Source: Candidatus Kuenenia stuttgartensis (GTDB lineage Bacteria; Planctomycetota; Brocadiia; Brocadiales; Brocadiaceae). Taken from it: a DNA stretch of 32,000 nt. Location of the stretch: the NCBI RefSeq assembly GCF_900232105.1, contig NZ_LT934425.1, forward strand, positions 3,120,001 to 3,152,000. Direction: 5' to 3'. Every line of letters begins with the position of its first letter. Within the stretch, counting starts at the first letter, position 1. Below are positions 17,778-26,454 of the stretch, piece after piece. The position numbers and the translations under genes were made by a program. Under the pieces are notes generated by a model that made no database searches, was not told the origin of the DNA, and saw nothing but the letters and a program-made list of their open reading frames with translations.

Positions 17778-18718
17778 ACAGGGATTACGATGTAATAATA
17801 GTGGGTGGCGGGCCTGCAGCACTTGCAGCGGCGGTTTACACTTGCCGGGCATTATTAAAGACGGTGGTTTTTGAAAGAAAAATTACCGGCGGTCAGTTAG
17901 CCGGCACAGATATGATAGAGAATTATCCTGGGTTCCCAGACGTAATCAGCGGCGTAGACTTAACACAGCGGATGGAAGAACAGGCGAAGCGCTTTGGATT
18001 GATTGTCCGCTATGAAGAGGTTCTGAAACTAACAGTAGAAGATGGACTGAAGGTAGTAACCACAGATACTGGTGTGTATGCAAGTTATGCGGTTATTCTT
18101 GCCTGCGGAGCCGATCCAAGAAAATTAGATATACCGGGTGAAAATGAGTTTTACGGAAGAGGTGTCAGTTATTGCGCTACTTGTGACGGGGCATTTTTCC
18201 GAGACAAAGATGTAGTTGTCGTTGGTGGCGGTGATTCCGCTTTGACGGAAGGTATTTTCCTGACAAAATATGTTAAAACAGTTCAAATAATTCACCGGGG
18301 GGAAGCATTCAAAGCCGCAAAGATTTATCAGGAAGATGCTTTCGCCAATCCGAAGATACACGTCAGTTTTAATACCACCGTAGAAGAAATTCATGGCAAA
18401 GAAAGTGTAGAAGGCATTATTACAAGAAATGTGGTTACAGGGGAGAAAAATAGTTTGCCCTGTCAGGGTATTTTCATTTTTATTGGAAGTGTGCCGAATA
18501 CCTCATTTTTGGGAAATTTGTTGTGCGTTGATACGGGTTGCCACATTGAAACAAACATGCACATGGAAACGGAAATAGAGGGTGTCTATGCTGTCGGCGA
18601 TGTGAGAAAATGGTCATACCGGCAAATTGCAACTTCGGTGGGTGACGGCGTTACAGCGGCTATTGCTGCCGAACATAAACTTGCCGAATTGAAGGCGTTA
18701 GGCAAAATAAAAAACTAA
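17774..18718 (+). CDS. trxB: Thioredoxin-disulfide reductase-like flavoprotein
   Basis: VIIVGGGPAALAAAVYTCRA FAD motif, GGQLAGTDMIENYPGFPD, redox CATC motif (SYCATCDGAFF), second dinucleotide site VVVGGGDSALTEG, C-terminal GVYAVGDV. GTG start overlaps the upstream stop. Confidence 0.93.
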   Translation: MNRDYDVIIVGGGPAALAAAVYTCRALLKTVVFERKITGGQLAGTDMIENYPGFPDVISGVDLTQRMEEQAKRFGLIVRYEEVLKLTVEDGLKVVTTDTGVYASYAVILACGADPRKLDIPGENEFYGRGVSYCATCDGAFFRDKDVVVVGGGDSALTEGIFLTKYVKTVQIIHRGEAFKAAKIYQEDAFANPKIHVSFNTTVEEIHGKESVEGIITRNVVTGEKNSLPCQGIFIFIGSVPNTSFLGNLLCVDTGCHIETNMHMETEIEGVYAVGDVRKWSYRQIATSVGDGVTAAIAAEHKLAELKALGKIKN

Positions 18719-18780
18719 CTTGATACGTTTAAATAAAAAATCCATGTTATAACTTTTAACGGTAGGGAGGGATTGCAATA

Positions 18781-19224
18781 ATGAATGTAAAAGAACTCAT
18801 TGAAAAAGCTGTAATGCATGAAGACAAATCGCAGAAGTTTTATTTGGATGCCTTAAAGCATGTTACAGACCCAGCAGCGAAGGTCTGGTTAAAAGAACTT
18901 GCGGCAGAAGAGGTAAAGCACAAGGAGATGTTGCTAAATTTTGATACGTCCAAAGTGATGAGTTTCAAACCTGGCGAAACACAGGATTTGCATATCTCAG
19001 AATTCCTGGTAGACAAGGACGTCTCTGAAATCAAAGATTTTCAGGATGTATTGATTATTGCCATGAAGAAGGAACAAAAGTCATATAATTTTTATGTTAG
19101 TATGTCTCAATCAACCGATAGCATGGAGATGAAAAAAATGTGCAGAATTCTGGCACAGGAAGAACTAAAGCATAAACATAAATTAGAAGTAGCCTATGAT
19201 GATATGGTGTTTTCAGAAAATTAA
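18781..19224 (+). CDS. Ferritin-like/rubrerythrin-type diiron protein
   Basis: 147 aa with repeated helix pattern EDKSQKFYLDAL...AAEEVKHKEML and EQKSYNFYVSM...AQEELKHKHKLE (E...ExxH pairs). Confidence 0.85.
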   Translation: MNVKELIEKAVMHEDKSQKFYLDALKHVTDPAAKVWLKELAAEEVKHKEMLLNFDTSKVMSFKPGETQDLHISEFLVDKDVSEIKDFQDVLIIAMKKEQKSYNFYVSMSQSTDSMEMKKMCRILAQEELKHKHKLEVAYDDMVFSEN

Positions 19225-19323
19225 ATGTAGCCTGCTAAGTTCCATGCGACACCTAAAGTAGATGGATTTATCGAGGCCATTTATTCTTAATATTTAGATG
19301 CATTAATCCATCGATAACAGTAT

Positions 19324-19377
19324 GCAGAAGGGTAACTAAGGGATGCCGTAGGGCGAAGACTGGTGTTACCCTTCTGC
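19324..19377. repeat. Inverted repeat GCAGAAGGGTAAC ... GTTACCCTTCTGC
   Basis: 13-bp perfect arms at 19324-19336 and 19365-19377, 28-nt spacer, downstream of the ferritin-like gene. Confidence 0.8.
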
Positions 19378-19708
19378 GCTCTCCGCAATTTTTCTTCTCA
19401 CGTAGCCCCCTAGTTTATTCTTTCTCATAATAAACTACAAAATGAACTTCATAGGGTGTTTTATAGCCAAACAAATATGATTTTAGAAAGTTTGGCAACA
19501 AAATGGCTTTCTGAAAAATAGATTTATTGTATTAGTTTAGTTTTTTGAAAAAGATATTCACGTGTGCCTTTTATGTGATTGGGACTTCCGCCATGTTTTA
19601 AGGAAACGTTACAGTAGTGTTAACCCTGTCAGGGTTGTTTCGTCCTGACCCCTTGAACGATTACAAAAAATTGGGAATAATCCCTGGCGCTTTTCTTCAG
19701 TAACTACA

Positions 19709-19742
19709 AACTCAACATCGGTTTCGAAACCGATGTTGAGTT
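19709..19742. repeat. 34-bp perfect palindrome
   Basis: AACTCAACATCGGTTTC|GAAACCGATGTTGAGTT, no spacer. Confidence 0.9.
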
Positions 19743-20214
19743 CCTCGAAATGGGTTCATGATTCGTTTCCAGTCACCGCAATCTTCTCCTTGACTTGGCT
19801 CAAAATTGCCGTTTTGCATATGTTCCACGCCTTGTTGTGCAAACAGGTGGCTACACTGGCGGGTTTTCGCCATCTCAGGTGCGGGGAACTGTCAAATTGC
19901 TTATTGACAAAATCTTGTTTCCTGTTATAAGAATGGCACGTCTGCGGAAAAATTATAGACTAACGAGCCGTGTTTATTTACGCGTAAAGATTGTAAAAAG
20001 GCAACATTTCAGTTTTTTGAAAAAACTCAATAAAACTAAGAATTCCGTATTGGTTTAGTTTTTTGTAAGTTTTTATTCGTGTTTCTCCATTACCCTGTTA
20101 ATACTCTATGCGTTTTGTGTTTAAAATCTTTTTGGTTGAGGTTTTGCTTCGCCGCATATATGTTTTTTATAAATAACTACAGGTAAAATACCCCCCCTTT
20201 TATTAACAGTAACA

Positions 20215-21660
20215 ATGTCCCAAATCAATCTTGAAAAACTGGTTTCCAAAAAAGATTTGTTCAGTCTTTTGAAAGACTTAATAAACGTATTGGGAAACCC
20301 AATAGAAATTCAAGGCAAAGAAGGGAAAACCATTGCCTCCTTTTGTGATCAACCAGACGTAAACGTACAAACCCATAATGACGTCATAAGTACAAACAAC
20401 ACCTATCCTATAAAGCTCAACGACATTGCCATAGGCTGGGTAAAAGGGGACCAACCGGCTCACGTATTTTCAGAACTGCTTTCATATCTGGCAAATAAAG
20501 AGTTTGAAAAAAAATCCCTTGCCAGCGATATGCTTGACAAATACAGGGAAATAAACCTCCTTTACGACATCGCAGATAAAATAGCCGCATGCACTGAAGT
20601 TAAGGACGTTGCGCAGTTGATTATTGACGAGGCAAGGCAGTTAATAAACGCAACAAACGCTTCCCTGATGCTGTTGAACGACAATAATACACTTGAAATA
20701 CTGTCGGCGTATGGAGAGGAATATATCCCAAAGACCATATTGCAATCAGGCGAAGGCATTGCCGGGAATGTGGCCGTTACCGGCGTCGCAGAGATAGTGA
20801 ATGACGTTGCTTCTGACCCGAGATTTGTGAATGGACACAATGCTGTTTCTTCCTTACTATGCGCCCCGCTCAGGCTTAAGGACAGGATTTTAGGCGTAAT
20901 GAACCTCAGCAGCCGCTCCCCTTACCCTTATAGCGCCAGAGACCTGAAGCTGCTCAGTATTTTTGCGTCCCAGGCGGCGTCTTCCATTGAGAATGCCATT
21001 TTATATGAAAACAGAATGAAGACGGAAAATATTAAGGCGCATTTACAACGTTATGTTTCGCCCCAGATTGTAAGCTCCATCCTGGAAGATTCCGGGGGAA
21101 ATTCACTAAACCCATCAAAAAAGAAAATATCCATTCTGTTTTCCGACATTAGAAATTTTTCCACTGTATGCGAGAAGCTTGCACCTGAAAAAATTGTAAC
21201 ATATCTCAATGAGTATTTTTCACATATGGTGGAAATAATATTTGAACATCAGGGCACAGTAAACAAATTTGTAGGCGACATGATTGTTGCCTTCTTCGGC
21301 GCTCCTTTTCATTGCGATAATAATGAAACGCAGGCAATTAAATCTGCTATTAAAATGCAGCAATGCATTAAAAAAACGGGCAGTAGTTGGATACGGGATA
21401 ATTTTACTACCGGCATCGGCATAACTGCCGGAGAAGTGGTGGTTGGCAATATAGGCTCTCCCCGGCATATGGACTATACAGCAATAGGTGATGAAGTAAA
21501 TATCGCAGACAGGCTGCAATCCCTTGCAAAAGGCGGACAAATATTGGTGGAGCATAATGTATATCATGCAACCAAAAACATATTTGAATTTGAAAAATTT
21601 GGCAAAATCACCGTAAAAGGCAAAGAAAAACCAATAGATATCTTTAACGTAATTTATTAG
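20215..21660 (+). CDS. GAF domain + class III adenylate/guanylate cyclase
   Basis: 481 aa; GAF-like middle region (INATNASLMLLNDNNTLEILSAYGEEYIP...GEGIAGNV...SAPLRLKDRILGVMNL type pattern) and catalytic domain KKISILFSDIRNFSTVCEKL...GTVNKFVGDMIVAFFGAPF...GITAGEVVVGNIGS...YTAIGDEVNIADRLQ. Confidence 0.92.
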   Translation: MSQINLEKLVSKKDLFSLLKDLINVLGNPIEIQGKEGKTIASFCDQPDVNVQTHNDVISTNNTYPIKLNDIAIGWVKGDQPAHVFSELLSYLANKEFEKKSLASDMLDKYREINLLYDIADKIAACTEVKDVAQLIIDEARQLINATNASLMLLNDNNTLEILSAYGEEYIPKTILQSGEGIAGNVAVTGVAEIVNDVASDPRFVNGHNAVSSLLCAPLRLKDRILGVMNLSSRSPYPYSARDLKLLSIFASQAASSIENAILYENRMKTENIKAHLQRYVSPQIVSSILEDSGGNSLNPSKKKISILFSDIRNFSTVCEKLAPEKIVTYLNEYFSHMVEIIFEHQGTVNKFVGDMIVAFFGAPFHCDNNETQAIKSAIKMQQCIKKTGSSWIRDNFTTGIGITAGEVVVGNIGSPRHMDYTAIGDEVNIADRLQSLAKGGQILVEHNVYHATKNIFEFEKFGKITVKGKEKPIDIFNVIY

Positions 21661-21681
21661 ATAACAAAGGGGGGGAGTAGT

Positions 21682-22062
21682 ATGCCGAAGGTATTAATTG
21701 TAGATGATGAGCCACATATAAGACTGTTGCTGGAACAAACGCTTGAAGAATTTGAAGAGAAAGGAGTGGAAATTATCACTGCCGGAAATGGCAAACAAGC
21801 GTTGGAATTAATAAAAAAAGAGACGCCCGATATTGTCTATCTTGACGTAATGATGCCGGAAATGAATGGCTATGATGTATGCAATGCGGTAAAAAACAAC
21901 TCTGCACTGAAGGGCGTCTATATCATTCTGCTTACTGCAAAAGGGCAGGAATATGACAAAAAAAGGGGTGACGATTCAGGCGCAGATATTTATATGACAA
22001 AACCCTTTAATCCCGATGTGATCATTGCAAAGACAGCAAGCATTTTGAATATAACATTATAA
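21682..22062 (+). CDS. Single-domain response regulator receiver protein
   Basis: 126 aa; VLIVDDEPHIRLLLEQTL, phosphoacceptor VYLDVMMPEMNGYDV, LLTAKGQ, YMTKPF. Confidence 0.95.
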   Translation: MPKVLIVDDEPHIRLLLEQTLEEFEEKGVEIITAGNGKQALELIKKETPDIVYLDVMMPEMNGYDVCNAVKNNSALKGVYIILLTAKGQEYDKKRGDDSGADIYMTKPFNPDVIIAKTASILNITL

Positions 22063-22206
22063 CTGCGTTAATGAATTTCATTGACTATTCCTTGTTGTTT
22101 ACAGTATAATCAATTTCAATATGTGACTGTAAAATACTATTATACAACTACTTATGAATATGCTTGCCTGTGGATGCATTTTCAGAATTTATGATTTTTT
22201 GAAACT

Positions 22207-22992
22207 ATGGACAAAGACGTTATGAAAGAAATCTTCCTCTTAATCCTGGAGATTTTTAAAGCGCTGACAGAGATCTTGTGGGAAAAAATAAAATACGTTT
22301 TAAAAATACTTTGGATTCGGTTTTTTGGTTATGAAGAAATACCTCAAGAGAAAAAAGAAGCGGTAGTGGAATGGGGGGTTACAGGGGAAGATGAATGGCC
22401 TGGCATAACTGAAACAGAGACGAAAGAGCCTCCGGTAAAAGAAATGGTGGTCTCTCCCCCATCCGCAATTCCCGATCTTCCGGATAGCTACGGGGAAAAT
22501 CGAATCGTAATCATGCAGAGAGACCCATTATGCCTTTTCTGCTATTGGGAACTACAGCAGGCCAAAATAGACAACTTCCTGAAAAACCTTTCTACGTTGG
22601 CGTATGACGCAAGCCTCGTCCTGAGAGTGTATGATGTGACAAACATTCTTTTTGACGGCAATAATGCCAATAAGTATTTTGATAGTGTCTTAGTGCAGGG
22701 AGCCAAAGACTGGTATATTCATTTAGAGGAACCAAACAGGTCATTCTGTGCAGACATAGGCTTTTTAACCTCAGACGGAACCTTCCATATGCTGACAAGG
22801 TCAAATACCATAACAACACCAGGTATGTGCCCTTCTGATATAACAGAAGATCAGCGGGTTGAAATTGAAGCGCCTTATGAAAAGGTGTATGCTTCTATGG
22901 GCATTGATGCAGCTTCACATGTCCCTGAAAGCGCCTCTGCGAAGTGGCAAAGATTTTTTTCACACATTTTATCATCCAGTGAAATTTGCTGA
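22207..22992 (+). CDS. DUF4912-domain protein
   Basis: 261 aa; LPDSYGENRIVIMQRDPLCLFCYWELQ...DWYIHLEEPNRSFCADIGFLTSDGTFHMLTRSNTITTP resembles the DUF4912 pattern; adjacent to GH57. Confidence 0.8.
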   Translation: MDKDVMKEIFLLILEIFKALTEILWEKIKYVLKILWIRFFGYEEIPQEKKEAVVEWGVTGEDEWPGITETETKEPPVKEMVVSPPSAIPDLPDSYGENRIVIMQRDPLCLFCYWELQQAKIDNFLKNLSTLAYDASLVLRVYDVTNILFDGNNANKYFDSVLVQGAKDWYIHLEEPNRSFCADIGFLTSDGTFHMLTRSNTITTPGMCPSDITEDQRVEIEAPYEKVYASMGIDAASHVPESASAKWQRFFSHILSSSEIC

Positions 22993-23017
22993 TTAGTTCT
23001 CATTCTGAAAAAGATAT

Positions 23018-24604
23018 ATGAAAAAAGGCTATCTATCCTTAATATTGCATGCCCATTTGCCCTATGTCCGCCATCCGGAATTTGATGCATACCTTGAAGA
23101 AGATTGGCTCTTTGAGGCAGTGGCCGAAACATATATCCCGCTGATTAATGTGTTTGATAACCTGATAAATGAACACATTGATTTTCGTATTACAATGACT
23201 CTGACTCCTCCACTTATTTCAATGCTTACCGATGAACTTCTGCAGCAGCGTTGCCTCCGGTACATAGAAAAACGACTCGAACTTGCGGAAAAAGAGATTA
23301 AACGGACAAATAATCAATCCGAATTTAATCAAATTGCAAGGATGTACTATAATCATTTCCACGATGCAAGATATGTATTTGCGGAAAAATACCAGAGAAA
23401 CATTATTACTGCGTTTAAAAAATTCCAGGATGCCGGAAAAATGGAAATTATTACCTCCTGTGCTACGCATAGCTTCCTTCCTCTTATGAATAATAATGTA
23501 AATGCGATGCGGGCGCAGATACACGTTGCCATGAATCATTATGAAAAACATTTTGGCAGAAAACCGCGTGGAATATGGCTTCCCGAATGTGCTTACGAAC
23601 CCGGCATTGACCAGCTTCTTAAAGAAGAAGGTATCAGGTTTTTCATAGCCGAGGCACACGGACTCCTCTTTGCCTCGCCACGGCCAAAATACGGTATCTA
23701 TGCCCCCATAGTATGCCCGTCAGGGGTTGCTGTTTTCGGGAGAGACATAGAATCTTCCAAGCAGGTTTGGAGTTCCAAAGAAGGATATCCAGGCGACTTT
23801 TATTATCGAGAATTTTACAGGGATATCGGCTTTGACCTTGATTATGACTATGTAAAGCCGTATCTCCATGGCGATGGAAAACGTTCGAATGTTGGGATAA
23901 AATATTACCGCATTACCGGAAAAACAAATCACAAAGAGCCTTATTCAATAGAAATGGCGCGGAACAAGGCTGCGGAACACGCCGGGAATTTTATGTTTAA
24001 CCGGGAAAAACAAGCAGAATATCTGGATTCCCTGATGGATAGAACACCGATTATCATTGCCCCGTACGACGCTGAACTCTTTGGTCACTGGTGGTTTGAA
24101 GGTCCGCTCTGGATTGATTTTCTTTTCAGAAAGATTGCGTTTGACCAGCAGACGATTTCGCTGATTACCCCTTTGGAATATCTTGACAGATATCCTGAAA
24201 ACCAATGCGCCGTCCCTTCCGCCTCCAGTTGGGGATATAAAGGTTACAGCGAATACTGGCTGAATGATAAAAATGACTGGATTTACCGCCATCTTCACAT
24301 AGCGGCAGATCGTATGGTTGCGCTGGCAAGAACATACCCCCGCACCGATAAATATTCCATACAACAGCGGGCCTTGAACCAGGCCGCACGGGAACTTTTA
24401 TTGGCACAAAGCAGTGACTGGGCGTTTATCATGAAAGCCGGAACCATGGTAGAATACGCCGTAAAACGAACAAAAGAACACCTCTTTCAATTCAATAAAC
24501 TTTATAATGATATCCGGGCAAATGCTATTGATGAAAAATGGCTTTGTGAAATAGAACATAAAAATAATATATTCCCCGATATAAACTATTGCATTTACCA
24601 GTAA
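23018..24604 (+). CDS. Glycoside hydrolase family 57, probable 1,4-alpha-glucan branching enzyme
   Basis: 528 aa; GYLSLILHAHLPYVRHPE, RKPRGIWLPECAYEPGID, FIAEAHG, IIAPYDAELFGHWWFEGP. Confidence 0.92.
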   Translation: MKKGYLSLILHAHLPYVRHPEFDAYLEEDWLFEAVAETYIPLINVFDNLINEHIDFRITMTLTPPLISMLTDELLQQRCLRYIEKRLELAEKEIKRTNNQSEFNQIARMYYNHFHDARYVFAEKYQRNIITAFKKFQDAGKMEIITSCATHSFLPLMNNNVNAMRAQIHVAMNHYEKHFGRKPRGIWLPECAYEPGIDQLLKEEGIRFFIAEAHGLLFASPRPKYGIYAPIVCPSGVAVFGRDIESSKQVWSSKEGYPGDFYYREFYRDIGFDLDYDYVKPYLHGDGKRSNVGIKYYRITGKTNHKEPYSIEMARNKAAEHAGNFMFNREKQAEYLDSLMDRTPIIIAPYDAELFGHWWFEGPLWIDFLFRKIAFDQQTISLITPLEYLDRYPENQCAVPSASSWGYKGYSEYWLNDKNDWIYRHLHIAADRMVALARTYPRTDKYSIQQRALNQAARELLLAQSSDWAFIMKAGTMVEYAVKRTKEHLFQFNKLYNDIRANAIDEKWLCEIEHKNNIFPDINYCIYQ

Positions 24605-24657
24605 TAGCAGCAATTATTTTTATTATCCCATACATTTTTAGAGAAGGAGACACGAAC

Positions 24658-25098
24658 ATGTCCTCTGAAATGATGAAGTGGCCTTATCTGCCAATGATGG
24701 ACACATTCAAAAAAGAAATGAATAAACTTTTCGATACCTTTGGAGGTATCGGCGAAAATGTTTTCCGGGAATGGATGCCCCCTCTTGACATATCCGAGAC
24801 AGGAGAAACCGTTGTTGTTAAGGCCGAAATACCCGGTGTTGACCCAAAGGAGATCCACATATCCGTTAAAAACGATGCGCTTACCATAAGAGGCGAAAAG
24901 AAAGGAGAGAAGGAAGAAAAGGGGAAAAACTATCATTTTATCGAAAGGAGATACGGAAGTTTTGTGAGAACTGTTTTACTACCTACCGCCGTTAAATATG
25001 AGCAGGCAAAGGCGGAATACAGAAATGGCATTCTGGAAATAACGTTGCCAAAGCAGGAAAAAGAAGAATCGAAAAAGATTCCGATAAAAGTGAATTAA
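24658..25098 (+). CDS. Hsp20/alpha-crystallin family small heat shock protein
   Basis: WMPPLDISETGETVVVKAEIPGVDPKEIHISVKNDALTIRGEKK...ERRYGSFVRTVLLPTAV...AEYRNGILEITLPK; ATG at 24658 preferred over the track start, with an RBS-like GAAGGAGA upstream. Confidence 0.95.
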   Translation: MSSEMMKWPYLPMMDTFKKEMNKLFDTFGGIGENVFREWMPPLDISETGETVVVKAEIPGVDPKEIHISVKNDALTIRGEKKGEKEEKGKNYHFIERRYGSFVRTVLLPTAVKYEQAKAEYRNGILEITLPKQEKEESKKIPIKVN

Positions 25099-25258
25099 AT
25101 GCTGGACCACGGTTATTGCATAACTATCCCGGCTTTCAATAACTCTTTGGCATGATAAACCATGACAGGAGTATACGCTCAAACAAGACCCTTGTTTTTT
25201 TGCGCTTTCTGACAAAAGGAAATCTGTACGACGTTTTTTCAGATGCGCGAAAGGAGGA

Positions 25259-25774
25259 ATGCCTAGTATGAAAATACCAAAAGATGTAGGCAAATTTGCC
25301 CGTGACAAAATACATGCAGAAAACGACCCGTATTTGCCCAAAAAAGGGTTCATTGATTACTCTATATGTAAAGATTGCAATGCGATTTATCACAATAAAA
25401 AATGGTTTCTGGACGCCAATCTTTATGAACAAAAAAAATCCCTGAAGGATATTAACTGGGTAGAATGCCCTGCATGTAAAAAAACAAAGGAAAACGTGCC
25501 CAGCGGTATTGTTACTTTGAAGGGAGAATTTTTGCAACAACACAAACAGGAAATTCTGAACCTCATTAAAAACGAGGATGACCGGTCGAAGAAGTTTAAT
25601 CCGCTAAAAAGAATCATGAAGATTGATGAAAAAGGCGGGGAAATTGAAATCTTTACTACCTCAGCAAAACTCGCACAACGTATCGGCTCGATTCTGCACA
25701 AGGCTTACAATGGAGAAGTAGATTATAAAAAACATGAAAATGCAAAATTCATGCGTGTTGCATGGACGCGTTGA
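25259..25774 (+). CDS. BCAM0308-like protein with paired CxxC zinc motifs
   Basis: 171 aa; DYSICKDCNAIYHNKKWF and VECPACKKTKE; C-terminal FMRVAWTR. Start may be 25268. Confidence 0.7.
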   Translation: MPSMKIPKDVGKFARDKIHAENDPYLPKKGFIDYSICKDCNAIYHNKKWFLDANLYEQKKSLKDINWVECPACKKTKENVPSGIVTLKGEFLQQHKQEILNLIKNEDDRSKKFNPLKRIMKIDEKGGEIEIFTTSAKLAQRIGSILHKAYNGEVDYKKHENAKFMRVAWTR

Positions 25775-25835
25775 TTGCATGGCAAGCGCTTTGTAATAAT
25801 CCGGTAAAATAACTTTATACTGAGGGGCCGATAGC

Positions 25836-26303
25836 ATGATTATTGTCAAAAATATTCTCTTCCCAACCGATTTTTCTCCATGCGCTAAACAAGCTTTACA
25901 ATATGCCTTATCCCTTGCCACGCTCTTTAAGGCAAAACTGCATATCCTCTATGTTGTTCCAAGAATGAATGTCTCCATTAGCGCAGGCGGGGTAATGTAT
26001 CCCATTTTAAAGGTATATGAAGATATGGAAGGAAAAGCAAAAAAGAAGATGCATCACTTAATCCCAAAAAGGTTTCTGGAACAAATAGAGGTAAATAATA
26101 TCATTGTTCGTGGCACGCCATATGTGGAAATTATAAAAGTTGCCAAAAAACAGAACATCGATCTTATCACCATTGCAACACACGGGCGTACAGGGATTTC
26201 CCATGCCCTTATGGGCAGCACGGCTGAAAGAGTGGTGAGGAAGGCGCCATGTCCCGTTTTAACAATCAAGCACCCGGAACATGAATTTGTAATCCCCGCA
26301 TAA
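25836..26303 (+). CDS. Universal stress protein (UspA family)
   Basis: 155 aa; NILFPTDFSPCAKQALQYALSLA, ITIATHGRTGISHALMGSTAERVVRKAPCPVLTIK (GxxG...GS(T) nucleotide-binding motif). Confidence 0.93.
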   Translation: MIIVKNILFPTDFSPCAKQALQYALSLATLFKAKLHILYVVPRMNVSISAGGVMYPILKVYEDMEGKAKKKMHHLIPKRFLEQIEVNNIIVRGTPYVEIIKVAKKQNIDLITIATHGRTGISHALMGSTAERVVRKAPCPVLTIKHPEHEFVIPA

Positions 26304-26454
26304 TGTATTTCAATTTCTTATTCTTTAAGTACCGCCGTTGCCTGAATCAGAGTGAGAGGTAAACAACCCCTCTTGCCCCCCTTTATTAATGGGGAATAAG
26401 GCACAATCGGCAGTCGGCAAATTGCAGATTGCAGACTGTAGACCGAGGCTTTTT

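Noticed and set aside
23219-24613. Minus-strand ORFs opposite the GH57 gene
   Set aside because: Antisense shadows without motifs; GH57 catalytic and conserved motifs are clear on the plus strand.
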